This document shows positions 50,336 to 63,326 of a stretch of 64,000 bases of DNA, one piece after another. Each line of letters starts with the position of its first letter. Within the stretch, counting starts at the first letter, position 1. A program made the translations under genes and the position numbers. The stretch comes from Ginglymostoma cirratum. Lineage: Eukaryota. Location of the stretch: NCBI GenBank assembly GCA_024137785.1, contig JAHRHZ010000068.1, positions 1,479,425-1,543,424 of the forward strand. Direction: 5' to 3'. Under the pieces are notes generated by a model that made no database searches, had not been told where the DNA came from, and worked only from the letters and a program-made list of their open reading frames with translations.

Positions 50336-51825
50336 ATGCATCTTCAAATGCTGTATATTGCCACCTGCTCCAGACATTGCTGAATTCACTCGTCAGTCAG
50401 CTTACCAACAATCTCTGCTAAAACTTATAGCTAACTAACATTCATATACTTCACTGGAACTCTAATTTGTCAATAAATCACCCTCACATTCACATTTCAC
50501 AGCATAATATACTGTTTTTTTTTACCCCCTTCTCCCCCTAATCAAAAATAAAAGTTACCACAGTGAAGTAGGTTGAATAACAATTACTGACACAATCACA
50601 TGATCTTTCTAGACTGTGTAATGTATAACTGGAGTTGGCAGATGTACTTGTATAGCTTGATTCCCAGGGAGGAGATGGTGACGGCAGTTGTTAGAATATT
50701 TATGGCTGAGGCCATGGCCAGCAGAAAGGCAAACACCACTGGAAGTCGGGGTGTCTTCATATTTAATTCTACCTCTCATATCTTGCACTCCGGATCCCAC
50801 AGACAGTTTGATTTACAAGTTACAGATGATAGAAGCATTCATGTCCTACTTTCTCCCTTTCCATGTGCAACAATTTTGTTCGTTTGCCTTTTTCCTCCCG
50901 ATTAGATGTCTGAAAAGTGGTAGTTTTGACTCCATCAGCAGTGGAGGAATAACAAAGAAATAGTGATCATAAAGACCCAAATGTCTACATAATGTTTGCA
51001 CAACACCAATCTCCAAAACTGGAACTGTCTGTAATGTAGATGATGACTTGGAATTGGGAGCTGCACATGCGAGATACTAGGCTGGTTTTGGCTGCATCTA
51101 GGGCAGGGGCAAGGATACTACATGTGCTAATTCACTGGAAGATGAGGCCACACAAACTCTGTTGAAACCTTGAGTAGGAATACAAGGCCAGTCAAAGGCA
51201 CCCATGATAGTTATCAAATGCACAAGTGTATTTATTGCTTTTTCAATGCTATTTGGAATTATTTGATTAAAACATTGATTATATCATGGTGTTTATTCTC
51301 TTATTTTAGTCACAAGCATATCTTGTCAACATGGACATATGAAAGGTAAGCTGTTGGCCAGTTTGTAAACTGAGAGTTGGGATTGGTTTCATTTCTGTCA
51401 GTTTTGGATAGTTCTTTGTGGGCAGTACAGACAGAAGGGTCAAGTCTAGATAGCCTCCCTCCTTCTTTTTTCTGTTTCCCCTCCACTTCACTTGTTTCAA
51501 GGGCTGCCCCTTTATGGTGGGACGTTCTGCAGCATGCAGCAGAGTTGAATGGATCTGAGCCAGATGATAGAACAGGTAACAAGGTCTTTGTTTTCCTTAA
51601 TAGTAGGTTCACTCACAGAATGTAGTCTTACAGATCTCGGCCTCCTAATACTATTCTAGTGTCCCACTTGTCACTTTCTTTATACTCTTTTGAGACTGAT
51701 CTGTCCTTATGTGTGATCTTAGGCTTTAACCAATGCCCATTACCTCAAAATATTTAACAACATAGTCAAAAATATGATTCTTGTTTCCACACTGTGGCGG
51801 TTCTATGACTTCCCCACTCTAAGAA

Positions 51826-52197
51826 AAAGACCTTGGCTATCCTCCCTATTGTTGCCGCTCATGATTTTATAAACCTCTATAAGGTCACCCCTCGGCCTCT
51901 GACGCTTCAGGGAAAATAGCCCCAGTCTATTTAGCCTTTCCCTATAGCTAAACCCTCCAGTTCTGGCAACATCCTAGTAAATTTTTTCTGCATCCTCCCA
52001 AGTTTAACAACATCCTTCCTTTAGAACTGTGGTCAGAATTGTATGCAGTATTCCAAAAGTGGCCTCACCAATGTCCTGTACAACTGCAACATGATATCCC
52101 AACTCCTATACTCGGTGTTATGACCAGTGAAGGCAAGCATGCCAAGCTCCTTCTTCACCACCCTGTCTACCTGTGACTCCACTTTCAAGGAACTGTC
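51826..52197 (-). mobile_element. HER1/CR1 ORF2 fragment
   Basis: SSLKVESQVDRVVKK...LYRTLVRPLLEYCIQF in ORF 52033-52260. Confidence 0.9.
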
Positions 52198-53853
52198 TGA
52201 TGGCCAAGAGCATCTTGGCAAAATTCCTATGGGTTTTGGAGGTCCTGAGTGTATTGCCAAAAACTACATCACTAGTGCACGTACAGACTTGGTAATTGGA
52301 ACAACTGGCAGAGTGTGTGATACTGCCTGTGGCAATAGGTGAGAAGTGGAAGCATTGTAATCAGGTTTCCCTTTAAGCTTTATGCATAGCTGCTCTAATG
52401 TACCGCACACGGCAGATGGCATTAGCACGCCACTCGCGGCATTCTCCTTACCATGCACAGCCCTCAGAGGCCTGGGCGGCTGGGAATAAAATGAGACAAA
52501 ATTCTGATTGTGACCAAACTCACCACTTCCATGTTCTCTTTCACAACCATCACCCTGATAGTCCACCCATTCATCCCTGCTAGGAATGAGCAGGAGAGCA
52601 GTTGCTGCAGATCAGTGAGGTGATGAATAGCCAAGGCTAGGGCTTCATTAATCTTATTTAAGATGTTATTTATTGCGTGCAAACTATCGATTAGGGTCAC
52701 TGTGATACTCATTTACCTGCCATGTTTGATGCTTCATGCACTATTTTAATGGAGAAGGTCCATTGTCACTGATGCTCATTATACCAGTACACTTGAACTG
52801 CAATGGTACTGCTCTAGGATTACTCACCTCCCCCCACCTGCCCACCCGTGATGTTCAGAATCTGCATCTAGCTGAGTAAAACTTGGAGCTTCTTATGTCC
52901 TTCTCATTGCTGTTCCTGCCTTCACCTTCTATCCTGTTCACTTGAATTGTGGGAATCCCCAGGTGTAAACCCAACTAAAGCATGAGGATTTGTTTCTGCA
53001 GTAGATGGTGCACTCTCAGAGCTCACCTCAGAGGGAGCAACACCTCCAAGAGGTCCTCGTTGTCCTCCTACAATGCCTCCTGTGAGATGTTTGGAGGCCT
53101 TGTGGGAGACTAAGGGCAATACATTAAAATTGTCAAGCTAAAATTGTTAACTGATCACAATGTTTCTGATCATATTTCACTTGCTGCTGACATCAGGTCA
53201 GCAGGACAGAGTGTTGAGTGCCATGTGGCTGTATGATATTTATATATGTCAACGGCCTGCTGGTCACCAGCCATGTTGAGACTTATTTAAGGTCCAACAT
53301 AACCTCATCTGCTGTTAAAAGATTGATAATGGCCCACTTCTGCTTCTCTGCCTGTTCATGGTGTTTTGTGCTTAATTCTGAATGGAGGGAAGAAGAGATC
53401 TAGGATGGAGAAAAATGGCATATTTTGAACAAATGAATGGACAGCACCTGTTGAGGGTGACAATGAGGTAAAAACATGTCATTTCATAAGCAAGAAGCTG
53501 AGTTTCAGTGCTGGTTGACATATGGGGGTGTGAAGAAGTGCGTAGACAGAATATGTTCAGCGCAACTGTAGGTAAGTTATTGTGAGGAATGATGTCCTAG
53601 AATAAGCTTGAGAAGACATAGTGAGTGGAATTTAATGAGGTGTGTATTTGATTGGGTGGGAGGGTACAGAGTGGGTAATCTACACCACCTCTCTACCTCT
53701 AAGTGCAGACAGGAAGGCTCATGGATCGCTTCTGGAAGCTAATTAAGGTTCTTAAGTGGTTAATTAGTACAGATTTAAGGGCCTAATCCCATTTCTGCTG
53801 TTAATCAACCATGGGACTACTGTTTCAAGTTTGGTAGCAGCTGTGGAGTTAAT

Positions 53854-54450
53854 TGTATTGTCTTAGATATGTGCTAGCAATAGCTACCATTGTGTTTCAA
53901 AGGATCTATGCCATAGTGATGTCAGATCGCAGGGAACTGGAGTCTGAGTCTGCAAGACTTTAGATGAGGTGTGCTTTCGTACTGATCTGTCTGTATGGTT
54001 GTATTCAATAAAGCCTGTTGCAGTTAATTCACCAGAGTATAGAATTCACGTTATTACATGATGGTGGCAGTGACTAAACAGACAGACCTGGAGGCAAAGG
54101 CGCAGGCAGCACTAAGTGACAGACGTTGAGGTTCATCCAGATACTGAACTACGGAGGGGAAAGCCCCATAAAAGTCCACAGCAAGGAGCATGGCATTACA
54201 AACAGCAGAGAGGGCATTTAAGACGACCTGAATCAGATCAAGTTACAGATCGAAAAAAAAACACAACTGCGGGATATCGACTGTATTGTGGGCAAGCTCT
54301 GAATTCTTTCTTAACCTGACAACTGTCTTTCTGGACATTGTAGGACTCCAGAGTGGCCAGGCAGCACCATAGAGGGTGCAGAACTGAATTCATGCCACAA
54401 CAGAAACCAAGGCAACTGGATAGAAAAGATGCCAATTGCTTTTGTAATCC
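53854..54450 (+). mobile_element. Gypsy-like LTR with PBS and degraded internal sequence
   Basis: TGT...ATTACA (53854-54058) with AATAAA at about 54007, followed by tgaTGGTGGCAG (PBS-like) and purine-rich gag-like sequence. Confidence 0.45.
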
Positions 54451-56499
54451 TCACAAGGCAGTGTGAAGAAGTTCCACAGATGGAAAGAAAGCTCTGTTCA
54501 AATTACAGAAACTCATGGACTCAATTCCAGCATTTCCCATTCATCACAGGAGTTCATATTAGAAGAAAAAAAGGCAAATATTTTTGAAGGCACACCTGCC
54601 CAGCAAATGTTCATTCTTGGGGACATTCTGGACAGGATAGCCTATACTTTTGCCATCTACCACTGCACACTGAGAGACATTACCATGCAATCTTCATCTG
54701 TTCAACTGTATGACCGAAGAAGAATTAACCTCATGTTAAAAAGCAGTATTAGTGAAGATTACAATACAAAAATAATCTTATTATCATAACACTGTCTACA
54801 AGCAGCTATGTCCGCTGCTCAGCAGGGGAGCCTGCACAGCCATCAACTCCCTTCTTAAATTCGTGGTAGTTGCCTGCCAAGCATAAACGAGTGAGTTTAG
54901 GCAATAGCCCTCAAGACTTATTAGAGGGCTAGGAAAGCTGAACACTGCATACCACATTACCCTCAAGGCAGCTGCCAACACTCATCTGCTTGTAAAAGAG
55001 GAAATTGAGACATGGTCCATAACTATTTTATTTCAAACGTCACACAGACAGCTACATAGTGCTCTGCTGTTGTGCCAGTTGCCAAGCTAAGTAGATTCAT
55101 TAGAATTTGTCAACCTAAATGTTTAAATGGGTTTCCTGCACGATACCAGCCTAAGGTCCACCTAAGCCTGTTTAATTTTCCTTATTTTATGGATTTATGT
55201 GTGCAGGGTGTGCAAATGGGTTGATCAGTGGAGCCATCAACCATGTAAACAGCATTTCCATGTTCAGTAAAGTCTCCACCATGCTTTTTGTCATGCTTCA
55301 AATTAGCCTGCATTTTATTTTGGGTTTGGCATGTGATTTATCAGTTGGAAATCCTTTTTGCTACCAACCTCTCCAACCTTCCATTTATCCAGTCTGGGAA
55401 CCAACATCATTGCATGCTGGCTTGCCTTCACGAGCAGTGTTCTTCCATGGAGGATAAGTCCTGAGGTGCAACTTGAAACTGGGCTGTTCGGTTCAGCAAC
55501 AGAGCCATTATTGCTCCCTAGAAGTTAAAATTTTCGCAACTTATGTTGAACAATATTTAACAATCAAAACCATTATTGTGGTGAAGCAAACTGGTGTAAG
55601 AAGGTACAGTAGATAAACGTTGAACTTCTTATAATTGGCTCTATCTATGACAAGATCTGACAAAAGAATTTCAATGTGTTTTGATTGTAGTGTCGCATCC
55701 CACTTAGCATTTTTACTGTATAATACATTGTATAAAAGTACTGTATTAAAGGATATACAAAAATCAAAAAAAGACATTTATTAATGGCTTACAATTTCTA
55801 GGCTCTGCTTAGATTTTACCTTCATATCTAAAATCATAAACCATTTCTATCAGGAAGCCTTTGTTTTTAGCAGTGTCTGTAATATTGGGTAAGACAGTGA
55901 ATGGAGCAAAGCGCTTCAGTTTCTGTCACTTGTTCATTGGAATGACATGAGCCTGTATATCAGGTCCTTTATTTGGTAACTGAAGAATGATTATTTTGTT
56001 TGGTTGTACTGATTTTGTTTATAATCAGGTATCACCTTTATAAGAGTAAAAGCATAAAAGTAGTAAAAAATTAACCAAGGCATATTCCACTAGATTTCAT
56101 TAAATTTATAGCTTTTATTTCATAAAAGGAAGATATAGCTATCCTTATAACACTGGATTTGGACTGACTTTTGAAATACAAACTTTATGCATTATACTCT
56201 CAAGAAGCATTTGTTTGCTCATCTGTATGTAGTCTGTAGCACAAGGGAACTGTATGAGTGACTTTAACAAAAGGTGCCAAGTATGTTTCTTTGCCTCGAT
56301 GTGCATCTTGTCATCACCACCAGACACCTAGACATGCTGAGGCATTCACTGCCATATGGAACCAGTTATTTTAATATAATTTTTTTAAAAATTGAAATTG
56401 TTTCTCGTTTAACAAAATCAAGATGCACCATTTCAAACACATTTACATGGAATAGCAAACATTTTTAGAGGCTTTCAACCTTTTAAGTATTGGGGCTTT

Positions 56500-56886
56500 T
56501 TCTATTCATTCACAGGGTGAGAGCATTCCTGGCAAGGCTAACATCTTTTGACCATCGCTATGGTCCCTAACCAAGTGGCTTGCTAAGACATTTCAGAGGA
56601 AGGGTAATAGTTAGCCACATTACAATAAGTCTGGAATCACATACAGGTGAGGCTGGATCAGCACAATAGATTTCCTTTTCTAAACAACATTAATAAACCT
56701 TATGGATTTTTACACCCATTGGTGTATACATTTCACTGATACTCTTTAGTTGAACAATTTTTTAAAAAATCTACCAAATATACATTCCTCTGCTGGCATG
56801 GTAAGGTTTAAATTTCTATCTCCAAATCTCTAGGAAAGGTTTTGGGATTACTAGTCCAGTAACATTACCTCAATGCTATTATTCCC
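56500..56886 (-). mobile_element. tRNA-derived SINE, same family as 41331-41671, more diverged
   Basis: Collinear similarity from ttctattcattca...ggcaaggctaacat through gattactagtccagtaacattac. Confidence 0.7.
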
Positions 56887-57734
56887 TATAAACTATTCCT
56901 TCATTTCATTACAGTACAGTGCTAATGCTCCACCAAGTTACAAGTGGCATCATTTGAATCTAGCAAAGTGAGGCTAGTGGAGAAGCAACTTACGTTTCCC
57001 TGATTTGGACCACTGCAGCATTTGGGGCAGTTTACAATCAGGAACTGCTGCTGAAGGAAGAAATGAGGAGTTTTTTGAATCCATATTTCTGTAGAAAGAA
57101 ATATAGAAAAGTATTGAGATTTCCTTTTGCTGCTGTTGTGCACCTTAATCTGACTTTCTCGGCACCAACTTGATTTTCAGCCTTCTCCAAACCTTATCCA
57201 CAGGAAAAGGGCACTTATTCTTGTCTTCAAGATGCCACCTGGGAGTCAGATTTATAGGACTTGGTTGGCTGCTCATTTTACACAAAATTCTTATCTTCAC
57301 TTGTTTCTTGGTAGCTTGGTGTTGCTTTCGGTGTTATACTGCTGTAATGCTATGAAACGTCCATCTCAGCTATCACAGATGACGCTATCACGTAGCTGCA
57401 ATTCCTGATCAGTATATTCCTAATTATCCTCCTCAACATTATCATCATTAGCTTCCTCCTCGTGTTTGCCTGTTGTTGTGCTGGATCTGCAGGCAAGAGG
57501 AGATAAATGAGAATTGGTGATCCTTTTCTTTGGGATGAGGGAGGTAGAGAAGATGCAAGGCTGTGGAAGTTGGAATATTGTGTAGTGTTGTGCAGCTGCT
57601 GTTTTAAGACCAGCTGGTGATCACGTGGAAAGAAGAAAGGAGAGAATTGTTACTTGACTGCTCTGCTGAGACTTGAGGACTCCTTCACTTAGGGATTTAT
57701 CTGTTCTATCTTCAAAACCAGCTAGTAAACTTTG

Positions 57735-58205
57735 AGGTAAGGCTGTAGATTTGCTCGCTGACCTGATGTGTTTGGTTGCGGATGTTTCGTCACCCTGCTA
57801 GGTAACATTGTCAGTGTGCCTCCTGGTGAAGCGTTGGTGTTCTGTCCCTCTTGTTATTTATATGCCTCGGTTTGCTGTGGTGGTTGGCATTACGTCCGGT
57901 TCTGTTTTTCAGTGGTTTGCATATCGGGTCAAGTTCAGTGTGTTTGCTGATAGAGTTCTGGTTGGAATGCCAGGCCTCCAGGAATGCCCTGTCATGTCTC
58001 TGTGTGCCTTGTGCTGTTATGGATGTGTTGTCCCAGTCGAATTTGTGTCCTTCTTCTTTGTCTGTGTGTATTGAGACCAGTGAGAATTGGTTGTTCGTGT
58101 ATACTTATTGTTAGCTTTCTTCCAGTTTGGCCTATGTAATGTTTCTCACAGCCTTTGCATGGTATTTTGAATATTATGTTGGTTGTGGCTATGGGATCCA
58201 AGCTA
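57735..58205 (-). mobile_element. Penelope-like element 3' remnant: GIY-YIG endonuclease plus pLTR with hammerhead motif
   Basis: NIIFKIPCKGCEKHYIGQTGRKLTISIHE, then after a frameshift SLVSIHTDKEEGHKFDWDNTSI...RAFLEAWHSN. Downstream is CTGACAA-TGTTACC-TAGCAG-GGTGAC-GAAAC-ATC (57814 to 57781). Confidence 0.9.
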
Positions 58206-58945
58206 CAAATCTTCTTAAAAACTTCAAACTTTGGAGGTAGTTGCATTTATCATCTCCATTTTGATGCCCACACCTTCTGGCGTTTGATCCCAAATGATTC
58301 TCAGTGGTTAATTTTGTAGAAATCTAATACAAATGTAAATTTTAATAATTATTAATTTTATGAATATTGCTTGCTTCTTTCACCTGTCTCTAATAGGTTA
58401 TTAGAGTTGTGATAGAACCAAGCAGTATTCTTCTCATGCCTGTTTGACCCCCATCGGCTACAAAAGTTTGCCACTCAGCTGTCTTCTTGTACACTACAAA
58501 GAAATTTCCAAGTAGTTCTGAGGTTTTAGTGTGTTTTACACTAACTCTTGTACAAATGGGAATGTAAATGACTAGACCAGGAAAGTCATGTGCATTGATC
58601 TCTAGAGAATAACTATGAGTATAACACCTTTATTTGTGTCTTGGCCAATTAGATATATACTTTTGAATTAATGCTTAGTCTAGGTCACTGTGAGAAAGCC
58701 TGTTCAACAATTCTAGGAAATAGATAGAATTAATTCTTAACCATTTTCCCTGCTTTCCGCTCCAATCCATCCATGTCTACTGCTCTGATCTACAAGGCTT
58801 ATTTTTCTCTCCCCTCAACCCTGCTGACTAGCATCTTCCCAATAAAAAAAATCTGACCACTGTGCTTTTGTCACCCAAAATCCCACATCTCATTGTACTC
58901 ACAAGAAAGTTGAATTTTGAAGCACTGAAAGCTTCTTTAAAAGCA

Positions 58946-59070
58946 GAAGGGTCTAGGCCCGAAACGTCAGCCTTCCTGCTTCTCTGATGCTGCTTGGCCT
59001 GCTGTGGTCATCCAGCTCTACACCTTGCTATCACAGGTTCTCCAGCATCTGCAGTTCCTACTATCTTTGA
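58946..59070 (+). mobile_element. 5'-truncated Penelope-associated short element
   Basis: gaagggtctaggcccgaaacgtcagccttcctgct...ctccagcatctgcagttcctactatct; same family as 17604 and 21510. Confidence 0.85.
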
Positions 59071-61622
59071 ATGGATGGGTGGTTTGGAGAAGAAAGAGAA
59101 CACAACAAAAGTGAGAGGAATTGGGAGTTGTTGAATGTAAAGTTTGAGGCAATAACAATGGAGTAAGTGGTAGAAGAAGATACAGGTATTGATTAGTATG
59201 AAGTTGAGAGAATTTAGTGAGAGAGAAACAGAAGTTGCTGTCAGAAACAGCTGTCAGACCCTGGAAGAATGGTGGCTGGAGAAACAATAAAACCAAGATG
59301 ACAAATAATAAAGTTGTTTTATTCTTTCATTTATCATGTATTCAGCATCAAACAGATTTGCTGTAATAAATATCAATATGTCTCGTACATGATTTGTTAA
59401 TCATCAGTTTCACAGTTTCTGTTACTCATCAGTTTCACAGTTCCTTGAATCATAATTTTTATGCGCAGTTATTCCAATTCACAGTAAATGCATCCCAGCT
59501 AATTGATTAATATGCTTGTTTATTTATTATCATTAACTGTAATTTAATCATGTAATTTTTCTTATAAATGAGAAGACAGTTCAGAATCACAAAATACTTG
59601 TTGGAAGACCTTAGTCCCTGTTAAAAGCTTTTATGTTAGAAAGAGAACTAACACAAGGCAGTATGTTTTTTTTAAAAAATCACATTGTACCATATATAAT
59701 TATGTTTTTAACAATAAAATTGCCCCTTGTGTTTTTGAGGACTTATATTATGGGTATTTATGTGAAGGCCTAGCATCTCTCTAAAGGCTAGTTTTGGAGT
59801 TCCTCTTCATTCCATACCTATCAATCAATCTTGTCAGGCAAAGTAAATTATCAGCTGCTTCACACTCCTCTCCTCGGTGCCTTCCTAAACATTCCTCCCT
59901 AAAGCTGTCAGACCATGAAACTTGCCTAAGTGACACTTGTCATTTTCAAATATTCCTCTGCTATTATAACCCTTCCCACAGTGCTGAAAGATTCCAGAAA
60001 TCCTCCACCGAACAAAACTCACAATCTCACATCCAATCACCTGTTTTACCAAACCGTCTTCCCTCAATGTTCCCTCTGTTCAGTGTTGCCAATGACAGAC
60101 CTTGATGCTTTCAATCTCATGTATTTTCTTCAGAGTGTTGCTAAATCCCAGGAATCACCTATTATTCTACTAAACTGCGAAATATGTGGTATCCAATCTG
60201 TAAAACATAAAAAAAGCTGCCGTGTCTGGTGTTCATTAACCCGGTTTCTTGAATGCTTTAAGTGCCATCAGAACTCCAAAATACATTACGTGTCATGTAC
60301 ACCGAGGAGTGACAGGTGCCACATTGAGCTTTAGTGCATGCAGTGAACATTACTGCAGGTATGCAGAGCAGCAGTGCCATTTTGGACCTCAACACTCCAG
60401 TCAATGCAATCCCTTAACCTTGCATAAACGAGAAAGGTTCAGCAGCAGGAGGCCCCCCCCCCCCCCGACCTTCACTAATTCTATTGAAATTACACATCCA
60501 CTGCTTACAGGTTAGTTGCTGGTTGATTCCTTTTGGATAAAGTTAAGATTGTATGATTGTTTAGTGCTTTCTGTGATCGCTTCAATTGTCAAAATTCTAC
60601 AGTAAAAGATTTTAAATTAAATAATGTAGATGCTGATTAAGTTTTTGCTGATTTCACAGCCTCTGCTCAAACCAGCTGTGGGTATAGTAGTAGAGATTCT
60701 TGTTGGAATACAATTTAAGTTGTAGTATAAAAAGAGGATACACAGAGCCGAATAGGGTGCTTGGTTCGGGATGAGTAGCAGAAGGATGATGAGTGAAAGC
60801 AGGGGGAAATTCCCAATTTCACCAGTCTGCCAGTGAAGAACACATCTGAGGATGATATTGGAAAAAAGAAATTCCAATTTTTCTTTCACCAGCATTCCAT
60901 ACCTTCTCTTCCCTCTGCTACTAACCATGACAATAATTACTTAGCCACAATGGAAAAGTGCAAATCATTGTAAAATAAACAGTACAAACAAATTTATAAA
61001 TAAATTAAATTGTACCATATTGCATACAAGTATTACTGAATAATCCATGCCTATTCCCTTAGTGTCTTTGCATGGCCTAGTGTTTTCACACAGGGCTACC
61101 TACATGGCTGATGGAAGATTACTGACCTTTGGTAGGGGGAACTGGAGGTGACCTTAGAAGACAACCTCAAGTAGTTCTATTTTGCCTACATCACCCGTGG
61201 GCAATGTTCTCCGCCGTGGCATCGTGGCAGCAGTCTCAGCAGACTGTCTGACAGAGATCTATAAAGGCACTGGCAGGGGGTGGTAGGATGAATGCTACTA
61301 TTCTGAGACAGGACAACGGTGTCACTGACGCTGCCCCTAACCTTGATAGTGCATCAAGCATCTTATTATTCTGTTGGAGGACAAGTTGTTGGATGGTTCT
61401 GAGACTCTGCGAGCTCCTTTGTACACTGTAACCCACAGCCATGCTGACACGGAACTGACTTTGCGGGGCAGCAACTTCATCTTCCAGTGCGACCGTTAGT
61501 TATCAGCTGGCCTCTATTGGAGCTACATTGGAAGCTGCAATATCAGCCAGCAGATGTGGTATTGTAGTTGGGTACAAGTTTGTGAACTTTCACAAATTGT
61601 GGACTGAACCAGGAAAATAACT

Positions 61623-62208
61623 TGTAAAAATCAAGGTTTCCTGCATGTTTTGAAAACAAATAATCTGTCACTCAGGGGAGACATTGTTTCCACAGCTCCT
61701 TTACAAGCAGTGAATTAAATTTAGTTTGGAGCTAATGGCTGTGTAAAGATTGAGCTTTGGTTGGTAACAAGTAGCAGATTGGTTTGTGACTAGTGACCAG
61801 TTGCGAATGGCAAAGGCCTACTGCCTGCCAGTAACTCGATGATTAGTTCCATGGTAGCTGAACAGCATGTGGCTGTGATGAAGATGTAAGAAAATTTTGG
61901 AGCTCTTTTGGCTTAGGAGCTCTCTTTTGGTTCTCTGCAATAAGCCACTTAAACCTGAAGGAAACCAATGTAATGTTCTTTCAGTAGTTGCTCTAAGCCG
62001 TGACTTTCAGTTGATAAGTCGGTGATCTTTTATCAGTGAACCAGTCAGTCTCTGCCTCCTGCAAACTAGTGGAGATATCTGCAGAAGGATAACTGAGAAG
62101 CAGCATTCGGACCTTACAAGTATCAGCTCAATGGGACCAACAGAACTGATTTCCCAGTTTTTCCATCCATCCATAACCCATCTTTATTTTGTGTGTGTGT
62201 GTGTGTGT

Positions 62209-62242
<34 letters not shown>

Positions 62243-62431
62243 CTTATGACTTGGAATAAATAGTAATTGTTTTGTTAAGTACAGAAACTTATGTCTGCTT
62301 TCTGTCAACTTTGGTCTGAAAATCAGATAAATTAGGGAAGTTTTGCATCCTTATCTAAAATCTTCACCTTTTGTGATGACTCTTGGAATAGTGGGACTTG
62401 ATTTCCAGCACGTTACCCCAGTATACCCATC
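61623..62431 (+). mobile_element. Possible solo LTR containing a microsatellite
   Basis: TGTAAA...CCATCA-bounded block of about 810 bp with AATAAA. No TSD verified. Confidence 0.3.
62191..62242. repeat. (GT)n microsatellite, 26 units with one interruption
   Basis: Directly visible. Confidence 0.98.
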
Positions 62432-62691
62432 AAGTCGTCGTCTGTGATATTTCCCTTGAGACTGTCAGGGACAACTCTGCCACCTGCAGGAAATCCTGTG
62501 CTGTTTCCAGTGCCATATGTTGAATGCAACATGGAACCTGGCGTTTTCCTTCACCTGTTTCAATTACTAGTCCCACAACCAAATCCTTGATGCCTCTGTT
62601 TCAAATCACTCTATCCTGGATGAACCCCAAACTTTGTCATGAATCACAGGGGAGGTGCATTGAAAACCAAGTCTTGCTACCCCATTAAGTT

Positions 62692-63326
62692 AGAGTGTCA
62701 TAGAGTTCTAAAGCAAGGAAACAGACCCTTTTGGTCCAACTCGTCCATGCTGACCAGATATCCTAAATTAATCTAGTCCCATTTGCCAGCATTTGGCCCA
62801 TACCCCTCTAAATTCTTCCTATTCATATACCTGTCCAGATACCTTTTAAATGTTGTAATTGTACCAACGTCCACCACTTCCTCTGGCAGCTCATTTCCCC
62901 TATACACGCACCACCCTCTGTGTGAAAAAGTTACCCCTTGGGTCCCTTTTAAACCTTTCCCCTCTTGCTTTAAACCCTATGCCCTCTAGTTTTGGACTCC
63001 CCTTCCCTGGAAGCTAAGACCTTAGCTATTAACCCTATTCATGCCCCTCATGATTTTATAAACCTCGATAAGGTCACCCCTCAACCTCTGACGCTCCAGG
63101 GAAAATAGCCCCGTCCTATTCAGCCTCTCCATATAGCTCGAGCCCTCCAACCCTGGCAACATCTTCGTACATCTTTTCTGCATCCTCTCAAGTTTAACAA
63201 CATCCTTCCTAAAGAAGGGTGATCATGATTGAACACAGTATTCCAAAACTGGCCTCGCCCATTTCCTGTACATCCTCAACATGACATTCCAACTCCTATA
63301 CTCAATGCACTGACCAATGAAGGCAA
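62692..63326 (-). mobile_element. HER1/CR1 LINE 3' fragment
   Basis: Reverse-complement similarity to 25400-26040, including the 3' UTR gacccttttggtccaactcgtccatgc. Confidence 0.92.
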
